From contig NC_087438.1 in the NCBI RefSeq assembly GCF_036321535.1, positions 5,024,001-5,088,000 of the forward strand: DNA of 64,000 bases, given 5' to 3'. The translations under genes and the position numbers were made by a program. Of this stretch, positions 10,620 to 23,440 are shown in pieces. The notes under the pieces were generated by a model. The model was not told the DNA's origin and searched no databases. It saw nothing but the letters and a program-made list of their open reading frames with translations. Within the stretch, counting starts at the first letter, position 1; each line of letters begins with the position of its first letter. This stretch comes from Camelus dromedarius (Eukaryota).

Positions 10620-13600
10620 GTGAGTGGCCTCCCCGCGGGACCTGCCCCGCGCGCTCCCGGGCCCCGAGAAGAGAGGGACCTCCCCGGCGAGGCGCGTCCC
10701 GCCCGGGGCCGCCCCGCGGCCCGCGGCTCTCACGCCGCCCGCCTGCCCGCGGTCAGTCTGGCTCCGGGGAGAACTGCGGGCAAGAGAAAAGTTTCCTTGG
10801 GAGGTTCTGTCCAAGATAAAGTTGCCGGGGTGTGGACCAGGTGGACGGACAGGGCGTGGGTTTTCCATCTCTGCGCACCCGCGGGCTAACTCCGTGGCGC
10901 TTTCCACCCCGCGCCCCTGCCCGCAACCTCGGCTCAAATAAGTCTCCATCCGAATCAGCGTCGCGTTTCTTCGCGAGGCCGCTGCACGGCTCCCTGAGCT
11001 GGCGTTTTAGTTTGGATCGGACGTTATTTAACTCAGTAAAAAGCCTGCCTTGGGAAAGTGGTTCATGGCGAGGGAAATTTAAAAAAGTATATGATTATAC
11101 ATCTTTGCCTTTCAATGTGTGTTATTTGTGAGTTGGGATGTTGACCTGTTGTGAATCTTCCTTCTGCGTGTTTAAGAAGCGTCTATGAACCGTTGCTTTT
11201 CTATTTCTAGAGAGGTTGGTTCATCGTGGTTACTGTTTCGTACAGGTTATTAAACTGCACTGCATCTCTAGGAGCATAATGCAACTCAACAGCTCACGTC
11301 AGTTTTGCCAGTTTATATTTTTTTCAAGCAGAAATCCTTGGCTCACCCCCTTGAGCAGCGAGGGGAAATCTGTAGATGGCGGTAAACTTCCTGTCACTGA
11401 TCTTTCTGTTGGTCTGGTTCAAACTTTTACTCCGCCTCTGATATGTATGTGCAGACTGTGTGCCAGGCATCGATTATCCAGTGAGATATTTTTGGTCAGT
11501 GGTTGATTTGGGGATGTCTGCACTGAAGGATGTTTTTTTAGCTGAGGATATAAATATGCACCTGTATTCATGTCCGCGGAGCAAAGGAGTGGGTGTTTGC
11601 TTTTATTTCACCAAGTGTGCAAGATAGCTGTCCCTGGTATTTGGCAATTTCTTCCTGATATCCTGAGCCAGATGGTGCTCAAATATTATGCATGGGAAAA
11701 CTTGTTGTCATCAGTTCTTTAAAAAAAAAATGGAAATTTTGTTTTTCCCCAAGCTAGTCAAGAGGTGTTGTCTTCTGATGGAATTCAGTGAGAAAAGAAT
11801 GAAAAATAGAATGCAGATGGTCATGATGCCACTGGCCACAACTGACTCTTATGTTATACAACACAGAGCAGAGAGCACTTTGATTCTGTATTCTGGGTGT
11901 GGGTTCAGGGCAGTCCTCACCCCCTTACATCCAGCCTGTAGTCCTCCCTGGATGGGCAGCTTTGTCAAAGAGACTTCTGTTCAGTCTTATTGGCAAGCAG
12001 GTTCTCTAAAAGCATCTCCTTTTCATTGCCATTCTTGCAGGTTCTGCCGGGACATTGCTGCTTATGATTCTGTTGAATCTGTAATTCAAACCCGTTCTGG
12101 CTGGTTCTCTTCTAAATGGAAAAGGAGGAGCAGGTGATGGCCTATTTATAGCACCATTAATATATTTAAAGACAAGTGTGAAGTTCATGCCTCCCCTACA
12201 GACACCACTTTGTTTGCTATGATACAGATCTCTAACTTCTTAAACCTTGATCTGTGTAGAGTCTTGAATGGGTCGTCAGAGATTCCGTGCAGTCAGCTGA
12301 AAGCTCCCTTCTCAGTTTGTCTTTGCTCTTCGTGTTTTTTTATACAGTTCCTTTATGTGGTGCACATGCTGGAGTGGTATCATTTTTAAAAGTTTATTCA
12401 GGCATCTTTACTTTTCCTTGATGAATCAATCATTTCCACACATTGCTGGCTTTCTGCTAAATCATCTTAAGCACAAAGCAGGCACTTCCCATGGCATGGC
12501 TGTAGCCCAGAGCGAGGTCTAGAGACAGTGGAACAGACCCTGTGTTTTGCTGTACCTGCTACACAATCTGACTACTGTGTAAATCCTTCTAGCTGAAGAG
12601 CTGTGCGGACACGTTCCCGAATCAGGAAGGGTGACTCGGTTGGGTGGAAAGGCTACCTTCACGTGGGAACTGGGGCTGCTGGGCCTGGCGGGATCTGGGA
12701 AATGGGAGGAATGGGCACCATCCTCTGAAGCGTCACTTTAGGAAGGACTGGGACCGTTCTGAGCTCTGGACAGCTCATTTCTATTTTGCTTTTAGTAATA
12801 TCATAAACAGGAGTTCCACTTTGCAAAAATGTTCTCCATCCAGAGAGTCAAAGGTGCTTAGGTTAGGAGCATTGGACGGTGTTAACACAGAGCCACGTGC
12901 GCGTGGAGTGGGTGAGTTCATGTCTCTGACCAGAGCTTAGCTTCCGAGAGAGAGCTCTATCTCGGGAGACGGGAAGAGAGAGCTGCTTGGGGCTAGCCCA
13001 AGTTTCCACCGTCGAGCGCTCTGCTAGAATCTCTAGGCTCTGATGTAATTCAGGAGCTTGGGCAGATCTATTTTTTGCTGCCTGAAATCTTGGACAGATT
13101 CCTGCTTTCCCATGAATCTGCCAGAATTTGACTTCCATTAGACTTCCGTCAGATCTTGTAGTGAAAAAAGTCTGGCAGCTTTCTTAATGCACATCCATAG
13201 TCTCCCAGAACATTTGGATCACAAAATGATCTTAGTATCATCCAGGTACAGAGTGAATTTTTGCTATATGCCATTGCCTTTGTGCGAAGTGACTTGAAAT
13301 ATTTATTGAGAAGGAAAAAATTCCGCTTTGCCTCGACTGAGTATTTCCCTTATTGACATTATTCACAAACTGCTTTCACGCTTAAATTTCAATCTATGGT
13401 CAATACATACATGTGCGTCATTGATCGTGAAGTTAAAATAATCTGCAAGGTATGTTATTATGCGGTAAACATAAACTCTGAATTGAAACTTTACTATCTT
13501 GCTTAACTATTTCTACGTAAAAAGTTATTAGCTATTAAATAGGTTTATCCCCATGTTTGTTAAGAAATATCAAAACATGAAACAAAGTAAATAGAAGAGA

Positions 13601-14918
13601 TGATAGCATGTCTTGAATTTTGACTTCCTATTTAATCAATATGGAAAAATATTTTCTTATGATGGAAGATTTTGACGATGGTACCAGGCACGATGAGCAA
13701 AATTAACTTGACCTTTGGCATCAGAAAACTTGGAACTAATGAGACCAGACCTGAAGTTCTAAATCTTATGATGTCACTTCATTTTCTGGGCTGGCTCTTA
13801 CTACTAAATGCAGGAAAACCTCTCAGAATTAAATCCTCTCTCATTTATCATGTCCAAAATCAGCCAGCTTGTCTCAAAATTTGCCTGTCGTTGCTAGGAA
13901 AGGTTGACATCAATTTTTTTAGTTTGTCAAAATACCAGCTGGCTCCAGCCAGATTTGCTTTGGCTAAAATTTATGATTAGAAATGGTCAATATTTCAACT
14001 GGAATAGAAAAATTTCATCCCTGTACATTTTGAAGAGTCAAATATTGCAGTGAAATAGTTTTTCCTTTTGTTTGTGTTTTTGTTTTTGCTTTTGTTTTTG
14101 CTTTTTTGGTCTGTTTTTTGAGATTGGTACTAAAATCCATATGAATATATACTTTTATTAAGTGTATATAATATTTTGACAGAACATAGTCTGCCTTCTC
14201 ACTTTTACTGTGATTTGGTGTGCTAGATTTGTAAAACAATAACCGTAAGTACTTTTCATGACAAATCAATTGTCCAGCATCAGGTGCTTTTTCTTGGAGC
14301 AGCTGTATCAGAGTGTTTCATTTTTCTGTACGTGGAAAAAGATTCTTAATTTTTCTAAAACAAACAAACAAACAAATAAGCAAACAAATAAACCCAATCA
14401 TTGTGGAGGGAAATTGGCTTTATTATTCCAAACACTATTTCAGTGCCCCCAGTGGGTGGAAGGATCAATGGGGAAAAGTCAATCCTTCACCCCTCTCTTG
14501 AGGGGTGGGAGGCTGGAGAGGCAGATGCATATGCCTGACATCTTGAAAGAGCAGGGAGTACTCTCTGTGTACTTTTTCTAGTCCCATAATTCTGGAGGTG
14601 GAGGAGGACAGTGCGTGCTCTCAGGAACTGGAGCAGAGGTAGCTAAAAGATCTGTCTTTCTGCAAATTTCTGTACATGCAGGAGAATCTTACTGGGCAGG
14701 CATTTGTAATTTACAACAAGTATTCAATATGTCATTTTTGTTGTAATTTTACTGTGGTCCAAACGAAAGACAGTGAAAAACTGTTAACTTTCTGCAGGAA
14801 AGTTGGTTGCAATTAAGAGGCCTGGCAAGAAAGGATTTGGAAGCATCCTTTGGATATTAAAGTGCATATTTTAAATTTATGCACAGTAGGATACCTTGCC
14901 TTGTCCATTTTAAAAAGG

Positions 14919-15130
14919 CAGAATGTAATGGTTAAGAGTCTCTGTCTGTGTTGGCATTTTGGCTTTGTCCCTTTCTGTCTCTATGATCTTGGGCAACCTG
15001 TTTAACCCTCTCTATGCCCCAGTTTTCTTGTCTGTGAAATGGAGTGGTACCTGCCTTCTAAGGTGATGGTCCAAATCAGTGCACGTGAAGCACTTAGAAT
15101 AACGCCTGGCCCAGAGTATGCCCTCTGGGA
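14919..15130 (+). mobile_element. MIR (a second, opposite-strand MIR core follows at ~15215-15330)
   Basis: atcttgggcaacctgtttaaccctctctatgccccagttttcttgtctgtgaaatgg...aagcacttagaataacgcctggc. Confidence 0.75.
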
Positions 15131-16289
15131 CTGTGGTCATCACTGGGTCTTCTGTAGTTGCATTTGCACTATTGCTATGAAAGAAGACGTAGTCACCACA
15201 GCATTAGAGCTGGAAGGGTGCTCATACTACAGAGGGGGACACTGAGCTTCGAAGAGGTCAGCTCATTTCTTCAAGGCCACACAGTCGCAGAAGTGGGCGT
15301 TGGACTTCGCCCGGGTGGACTTTCCTGGCGATCCCTGCAGATCTGAGATTCCCAGCTCTGGTCCTGGCAGGACAGCAGTTTTCTGGTTGAAATTTCCTGC
15401 TGAAATGAAAGTCCTCAAGCTTCAGTCTACGGAATGGAGTGACATTTCAATGTTTTTCTCTTTTAACAGTAACGGACTCTGGGTAGCGAAGCTTCCCCAT
15501 GATGAGCTCAGTGGGGTGGGCTTCCTCTAGGTCCGTGATGCTGCAGGTTCCCAGGATCTTCCCCATTAAGCAGCGGGTCCATCTGTAGCTTCGCTTTTGT
15601 TGCCTAGGTCCCTGGCATCGAGACCGTGGCCTGTGAAATCCACTGCTGTTGAGCTGTGTGTGAAGCTCTCGATTCCCACGGAGGTTTTTTAAATCAGCCG
15701 TTCTATTTAAAAGACAGTGACACGGCTACAGCTGACCTGTTACTTTGATAAGGGTGTTTTGTGGTTGTTACTCACTTTGGTCTCTTTGATCAGGAATGGC
15801 TAGTGATGGGATAGTCAGAGCTGGGTGTTTGTGCATGGCCCACTGGTACACCAGTCCTTTCTCTAACTTGATACTGGCCTCAGCACAGTCCGCCGGACTT
15901 CACTCCTTCTTCCTTCGCGATACTTAACAGAGTGCCTCCCGGAGCCAGCGCTGGGGTGGGCATCCTCCTGGATAGCACTCCACCCTGAAGTGACTCGTCT
16001 TGGGCACACTGCCATTGACCCCTCTGCCCTAGGCTGACCTGTCAGCCTAGGCTCCGATGAGCCTAGAGCATCTACTTCTGGTCCCTCTAGCTTCGCTGTG
16101 TTTGCTCCAGTGCCTCCCCTCACCTGGCACCCCCCCACCCCAGTGCTGCTTCTCCAAATCCAGACTCTCCTTCTGGAGGTGGCCAGTCCAGCCTGTGCTG
16201 CGCATTCCTGTCTGTGTTGCTTGCTGCCTGTGATCCTGCAGAGCTCGTTAATTACATGAACTGACTGAACCGCTGCGTTGCTGTTGTCT

Positions 16290-16720
16290 GATGTTCAGGA
16301 TGGTTTTGTGAGTTCGTCTCGTCTCCTCAACTAGTGATTAGTTTTTTTCAGGGAGGGAACTTAGCTCTCCCCATATTTAACATGGCACTAACCTGGTCGC
16401 AGGTGCTTAATTAACGTGTGTAATTTAGGGTGTGGATACGTTTCCCTTAGCCGCTGTCATTCCCCGGCGTGGAGCCAACTGGTTGAAAGTACAGAACTTT
16501 GTTACTGGACCTGGATCCGGTCTCAGTGTTGCCACTTAGTGTGTGTTCCTGACAGATTCATTTTATCTGCTGTGGCCTCAGTTACTTCGTCTGTGAAATA
16601 AAATGGAGAACACAGCCAGACGCAGGGAGCTCTGTGGGGGATGAAGTAAAGCGGATCATGTGAACACCGAGCACAGAGTGGGGCAAGTACCTAACCCCAA
16701 CCAACGTGGATCACTTCTGT
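16290..16720 (+). mobile_element. L2 3' end (~16290-16420) followed by MIR (~16465-16720)
   Basis: L2 tail cctggtcgcaggtgcttaattaa and MIR core gcctcagttacttcgtctgtgaaat. Confidence 0.55.
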
Positions 16721-18630
16721 TATTCTGTTTGCACCACACAGGGTCCCCTTGTCAAGGTCTCCTTTTGATGTATTTCAGGCTGACAACTGAATGAGTTCTA
16801 GAATTTTAAAATCTGGGTAGGAAAGAACAGGGGGTGCGTTTCTGTTTACGTGATAAGTGTGACTGTAGCTTTGAGTTATGTTACAGAGGGAGAAGCATAG
16901 ATCGTTTGATTAAAGTCATGCTTTGACCTAAGTTTCCCATTCTTTAGCGCTAAAATGCTGCCAGATTGGCACTCATATTGACCTTCATAATTCTGAATTT
17001 TACTAGCTTTGGGTAATATTATGTAAAATCAGGAGGAGTAGTAATAAGATGCTATTTACCAGATGATTTCGTAATATCAAAGTAGGAAATTGACACACAT
17101 CTCTGGTTTGCAGCCACTAGGTGCATTTGGGAGGAGAGAAAAGGATTGTTGAGTCAGCCCTTGTGTTTGAGCCGTTTGACCAAATTATGACTTCACTGAT
17201 GTTGCGTCAGTGTCCTCTTTGTATAAGGATGTGGTAAAAATCCCAAGGAAGGAAACAGAGGAGAGGTTTAGAGGAAGACTTCATTAGCTCAGTTAATCGC
17301 CGGCAATGTGACAGGTGATCACTTTTGCTCCCTCTTTCACTTGGGCTTACACTTCCATCCCCAGAAGCCAGCCTCAGGTGAGAGAGAGTGGTGGACAGAG
17401 TAGCACGAGGCTCAGCCTGCAAAACCACGTGAGCAGTTTTGCCATCTAGTTTTCTGACTCTGCGCAGAGCTCCAGAACAACAGCGCCGAGACAGAACCAG
17501 GGTAGAGACCTGGGTCACGGCTGTTAGGGGTGCATAAGGCCAGTTGTATCTCAGCGTCGAACCAAGTCACTTTTTGAAAACTTGGTGCTTGAAATGGAGT
17601 CTCAATTATTAGCTCAGTTAAAATCTGTTGAATGAATAATTTATCGCAATTGAAACATACACACAGAAAGTACAATAGTTTTTTTGTAGAACATTGAAAT
17701 TCCTGAGATTTCTCGAGATGGTTATGGTTGTCCGAGAGAATCCTATCTCTAGCGTTACCACCCTACAGAAGGTTCCTGGTGTGGAAGAGGCTGGATCAGC
17801 ACTATGGTGATGGGACCACTGACTGCAAGGTTTTGAAATTAGAACCTCGATCCATTTCCACCAGTGTCCTTTCCCATCCCTCAGCCATAGTGATGTTGGA
17901 GTATCACAGCCAGGACAAGCCAGAGCTCACAGGAGCTGGCTTTCGTTCCTACATGTTTACCCCAAAGGCCGAATTATTGTGTGTATTTTAAATATACTGT
18001 ATTATTTTTTAAGCTATATAAAAATGGGAAAACAAGATTTCAAGCTACTAGTGATCTGTGGATATTATAAAGGAAAGCAAAATTCAGACTGGTGCATTAC
18101 TAGAACCAGTAAGAACTATTTGATGTTAGAAATTAAGAGGATAAAGAGATCAGGTGAATTCAAATGAAGGAAGTAATGAGGAAATGTTAACATAGTTCAG
18201 ACATACGGTCGACCTCATGTCTAATCCTTTCCTCTCATTGACTTGTGGTTAATTCAAACATACAGCATCCATGTCCTTCGGAGTTGAACTTGAGGTGCAC
18301 AGGATGGGATTTATCATTTGATTAATTTGCTGAATCTTTGATTCTTGTGCACAGTCCTCATTGATATCTGTTTGGTTTTTTATTTGTTTATACTAAAATA
18401 AACACCCATGAACCCAGTCCGATGGAAAACCCTCCCGTTCCCCCACCTACCCTCAGAAGTACACTTTATTTGCACTTCTTGTTTGTCATTCTCTTGCTTT
18501 TCTTTTTGTAAATTTTATCATACATATTCTGTTTATATCATATGATACATATGTGGTATGAGGTAGTGATTGAAGTACATATTTTATTATTTTTTTCTTG
18601 TGGAGAATCAATTTTTACTGATCCATTTTA

Positions 18631-18940
18631 TTTTATTTTATTTTTTTAATTGAAGTATAGTCAGTTATAATGTGTCAGTTTCTGGTGTACAGCATAATGT
18701 TTCAGTCATACATATATTTGTTTTCATCTTCTTTTTCATTATAGGTTACTGCAAGTTACTGAATATAGTTCCCTGTGCTATACAGAAGAAATTTGTTTTT
18801 TTTTTTTTTATCTATTTTATATATGGTAGTGAATATTTGCAAAGCTCAAACTTCCTTCCCACCCCCTTTCCCCTTGGTAACTATAAGTTTGTTTACTATG
18901 TGTGTGAGTCTGTTTCTGTTTTGTAGATAGATCTTTTTTC
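18631..18940 (-). mobile_element. Short antisense L1 3' end with target-site duplication
   Basis: ttttttaattgaagtatagtcagt...gaatatagttccctgtgctatacag. Flanks are ttactgatccatttta (18615-18630) and tttctggtccatttta (18941-18956). Confidence 0.85.
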
Positions 18941-18959
18941 TTTCTGGTCCATTTTAGTT

Positions 18960-20612
18960 ACTTCTTTCCCCACATCTGTTATATTGAAATTCCGCATGAG
19001 TGGTTTGTTATGGGTATCTATTCTGCTCCATTGGTTAAGTTTTGTTCTTTTTTTAATAACACACACACACACACACACACACTCACAGCCATGCACAGAA
19101 TATAATTACTAAAGCTTTATAATAAGTACTTATATTGGGAAAGACAAGTAACAGTCAACTCTTTAAATTAAGGTTTCTGAGTTATTCTTGACCTTTTGTT
19201 CTTCCATATAAACTTTACAAATCAACTTATTTTAACCTCAGTATGAAAAAACTCAAGTGGGATTTTGTTGGTGTTACATTGAATCTATTGATTCATTCTT
19301 GACAATTAATATTTTGTATTAAGTTTTTCTATCCATGAACATGGGCCATCTCTCCATTCATTTATGTGCTTCAGTAATGTTTTAAATTTTCTGTGGGCTG
19401 TTCTTACTCCTTAACACAAAAAGATATTTTGTATCTTATTATTTACTATAAATGGTGTTTTAAAAATTATGATTTCTACTATTTTGTTGCTGATGTAAAA
19501 TAATATAATTGAATTTTGGATATTATTTTATATTCACACAACTTATTTTCATAGCCTTTTTATACTAGTAACTGAAATGCAGATTCTTTCAGGTTTCCTG
19601 TATAGACAATCAGATCATTTGCAAATAATGAGAGTTTTATTTTCTTTTTTCCAATACTAAGACCTTTCATTTCTTTTTCTTATAGTGTTGTGGTGGCTAG
19701 GAGCTCTAATATGCTATTGACAGAACTGGTGATTGTGGGTACCTTGCCTTTTTCCTAATTTTAAATATAATGAATTTTTCATATAGTTTATCCATTTAGT
19801 ATGGCGTTAGTATTAGCTTTTTATAGATATCCTTCGAGATTCCCTTTTGTTCTAATTTACAAAAAAGTTTAAATGTGATTGAGTGTTGAGTTTTACCAAA
19901 TTTAGATAATCGTAGGCTTTTTTGTTGTTTTTTAATGTCAGTGTAATGAATAATTTCTATTATTAAACAGTTTTTATATTCCTGAGATAAGTACAGTTTC
20001 TATGATTTTATAAAATGTTGGATGCGAAGTACTAACATTTTGTTTAAGATTTTTGCAAATATCTTGTTGAAATGAGTTTGGAATATTTCTTTATCAAACT
20101 GTCATTTTTCTTTTTCACCAGTTTTGCTGATCTTATAAAATAAGTCAGGGAGTATGCTTTCATTCTTAGTTTTCTAAAAGTTTTCACTATGTTAGAAAGA
20201 GTTGATAGAATTTGCCTGGAAAACCACATGGGCTTGTTGCTTTCTTCGTAGAGAGATTTTTTAAAATTTTTGCTTCCATATCTTTGATAGTAATGGGATT
20301 ACAGAGTTTCTAATTTTATTTCTTGAATCAGTTTCAATAAGACTTTTCTAGGAATTTCTGAATTTCATCCACATTCTCAAGTTTAATGGCAGATATTTGA
20401 TAATACTATTCTCATTTTTATACTTTACATATACTGTATCTTTGGGTTTTATTTATAGTATCATTTTTGGATTCTTTCCTTTTTTCCTTACTTAATCTCC
20501 TTAGATGTCTGTTTTGTCTTAACTTTTTCAAGAACCATCCATTGTCTTTTCTGGTCCTCTCTGTTGCATTTTTGTTTTCTATTTTTTAAAAAATTTGTTC
20601 TTTGTTGTCTCC
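18960..20612 (-). mobile_element. Old L1M ORF2 fragment (resumes at ~24030-24125)
   Basis: T-rich antisense L1 motifs such as ttcttccatataaactt, ctatccatgaacatgg and atcatttgcaaataatgagagttt. Confidence 0.75.
19059..19082 (+). repeat. (AC)12 microsatellite
   Basis: Read directly. Confidence 0.95.
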
Positions 20613-20910
20613 TGTGTCAAATAGAACATATTAGATTATGCTATGGGAACAAACAACTCCAAAATCTTAGTAGCTTAACACAATGAGGGTTTATATTTTG
20701 TTCAACCTGCACAGTAAATGTGAGTCAGCAGAGGAGCGCTCTCATGTCAGTCACTCAGAGATTTAGAATGAAGGAAGCTGCATCCCCACAGCATCCTTCC
20801 TTCCTCAGTTTTCCAGGGAACATAAGATTGCTTCACACTATCTGGCAGTTGACATCTTCCACGTGGAAGTGACATATCACTTTCATTCATTTTTCATTGA
20901 CCAGAGTTAA

Positions 20911-21439
20911 GTATTCCAGTTACCTGTTGCTGCACCAAAAACCCCATAAGTCTTAGTGACTGAAGACATAAGGATCATTTCTTTTCCTCTTGAATCAGCA
21001 ATTTGGGCAGGATTGGCAGGGGCAGCTCATCCCTGCTCCATGTGTCAGCCGAGATGGCTTGAAGGCTGAGAGCTGGCATCCTTGCCGGCTTGCTCACTTA
21101 TGTGTCTGGTGGTCACTGCTGGCTGGTAGCTGAGATTCAGTTGAGACTGTTGACTGGGACACCTTCACATGGCCTCTCCAAATGGTTACTTGACTTCTTC
21201 ACAGTATAGTAGCTGGATTCCAAGAATGATCATCCTATGAGAACAAAATGGTATTGCATGGATGGCATTCTTATAATCCTGTCTCTGAAGTCAGATGACA
21301 TCAGTTCAACCATGGTCACAAAGGTCTGCCCAGGTTCAACTGAAGGGGACGTAGAACCTCACTGGAGGAGAGGAATGCTAGTTGCATTTGGAATGGGATG
21401 TGTTGTGGGCCCCAGTTGTGGAAAATACAGTTTACCACA
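20911..21439 (-). mobile_element. MLT1 (H-like) solo LTR
   Basis: cagttacctgttgctgc...gcaatttgggcagg...gcagctcat...ggcctctcc...ggaaaatacagtttaccaca. Confidence 0.7.
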
Positions 21440-21485
21440 GTACCTTATTTAGGCATGCCAAGCTTTCGTATGCCTGGAAGGAGGA

Positions 21486-21990
21486 TGTATCAGTTAGCTT
21501 GTTCTGTGTAACAAACTGCCCCCAAATGGAACTGATTGGAGTAACAACCCTTTTAGTTAGCTTACAGTTCTTGGTTCTTCTGACTTGGCTATTCAGTTGA
21601 TGTTTGCTGGTCTGTCTCATGTCTGTGTGGTCAGCTGGTAGGTCAGCTGGTAACTGGATCATCTAAGGTATCCTCATTCTTATGTGTGGCCAGTTGGCAG
21701 GCTGTCAGCTGTGGCTGTTGGAAGAGGTGACAGAGTCACATGTCCCCACCCACTTAGCAGATTAGCCTGAGGTACTTTGCATGTAGGGTTTTAAAGGTCA
21801 GTGAGGAAGAGGGCAAGAGGGCAAGAAATACCCGAGTATTTTCATGTCTTTGTATCATGCATCTGTTGTCAGATTGGCCAAAGAGAGTCACATGGCCGGG
21901 GCCAGAGTCAGTGTAGGAGAGAGTTACCCGAGGACATGGATGCAGGGAAGGGGGTTGGTGCAGCCAGCTTGGCTGACCAAACCGTATCGA
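21486..21990 (-). mobile_element. MLT1 (I/G-like) solo LTR
   Basis: tgtatcagttagcttgttctgtgtaacaaactgcccc...attggccaaagagagtcacatggcc. Confidence 0.65.
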
Positions 21991-23223
21991 GAGGTGAACT
22001 AGAATATTTAACAGCTCCAGTTACTACTATAGCCTACCTCCCTGGTCACCAAATATTTAGTCAACTCTTTCCTTAAGCAAATACATATATCCTTTCTCAG
22101 GAGAGACAATCCAAAAGTCCCATCCACGACTGGCAGAAAGTTCACAGTCTAGGATCTCTGAATGAAGGGCACTCGTTTGTTCAAAGGAAATGCTGAGCCG
22201 TTGTTTCATGTAAAGTCTGAATGTGGTTTCTCTTGATCTGGAGACCTGTGCACTAAAAAGGCTTGTTATCAACCATCCACTCAGCCACCCAATATACAGA
22301 GGATAACCACACAGAGCTCTCCCACTATGCCAAGGTAGGAATGGCCCACGTTGTCTCTGGTTCACAGCAGTTATAAATCCCCCGGGGTGGACAGTCTGAG
22401 GGTCCCTGGCCCTGAGATGGGGATTGCTTCTTCACCAGACCCAGACTCTTGTCCCAGAAGCAGTCCCCTTGTCTGTTACTTTCTGTGACATCTGAGCCCT
22501 ACGTTTGGATGATTCTTCCTTATTGGACATCCTTTAGACCACATCTGGATTGAGTACTGGGGTGTATTTCCTTACAGGGGACTGAGCAGTTTTCTCAACC
22601 TATTTCCTGCCATAGATAGAGAACTTCAAATTAAGTCTAGAACAGCCGAAGTTCAGGTTGGCATTTCTTTTAGAAACACAAATCTTTCAAAACTTCTTTG
22701 ATTTCTCCTCTGTTTGATTTTAGTCATCTCCAGGTGTCAACGGTCATGGTCGTAGTTCTTCTCAAGATGTACTTCTTTGATTTGCTGTGTTTCTCTGCCT
22801 TCTCACCCCATCTCTCTCCTTCTCTGTCTCTCAGTCTGTGTGTGCTTTGAGCTTATTTGGGAAACCCTCTTTCTGGTTCTCTTTTCCCTGCGCGCTTTGT
22901 TCAGCTGAAAGAATTCACTGGCACCATACTCTGTTGGGCTTCTTTACTCTGAGGCACCTTAATCCATTTTGTTTTCAATAATAGGTTTGATTTTTTTCCC
23001 CTACATGGTTGAGTTTAAATCACTCCAGACCCAGGTTGTGTCACTTACCCATTGAGACTGAGAAGCATTTTCCTCTTCCAGTTTGACAAACCCATACAAT
23101 TCTGCTTCCCTGTCCTTCCTCCTTATAACCAATCAGTTACTTTCTGATCTTGCATTTTTCTTGTCACACCATAACAAGTGCAGTCAGCAAACCCACACTT
23201 GTAACCTGGTGTTTGATGGTCTG

Positions 23224-23440
23224 TAGGTGCCCACAGACTCAAGCCTGAGACCAAATCTGACCTGCTGCCTATGTTTTCAAATAAAGTTATACTGGAATAT
23301 AGTTGACCATTCATGTGCATGTGACCTATGTTTGGGTTAAGAGACAGCAGCAGAGTTAACAGTGTGACAGAGACCATGTGGCCAGTGAAGCCTGAAATAT
23401 TTCTGATCTGGCTCTTCCGAGAGAAGTTTGCTGAGCCCTG
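23224..23440 (+). mobile_element. MER58A-like hAT-Charlie MITE
   Basis: ccaaatctgacctgctgcct...aaataaagttatactggaa...gacagagaccatgtggcc...aagtttgctgagccctg. Confidence 0.8.

Larger units (their letters stand above)
8100..11020. promoter_or_regulatory. ADCY2: CpG island: ADCY2 promoter, 5' UTR and exon 1
   Basis: Abrupt GC- and CpG-rich block around exon 1, densest at 9900-10800, with no obvious TATA box. The TSS cannot be fixed from sequence. Confidence 0.9.

Noticed and set aside
9616..10949. Long overlapping ORFs (219, 305 and 246 aa and others) on both strands around exon 1
   Set aside because: Ala/Arg/Pro/Gly-rich translations expected from stop-poor CpG-island sequence. Only the frame containing MWQEAM...FALRL matches a known protein.
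11624..11645. REST/NRSE-like site (agctgtccctggtatttg)
   Set aside because: Only the GGACAG half matches; the CAGCACC half is poor.
14067..14392. Complementary (TTTG)-rich and (AAAC)-rich tracts ~270 nt apart
   Set aside because: Common simple repeats; the complementarity is low-complexity and uninformative.
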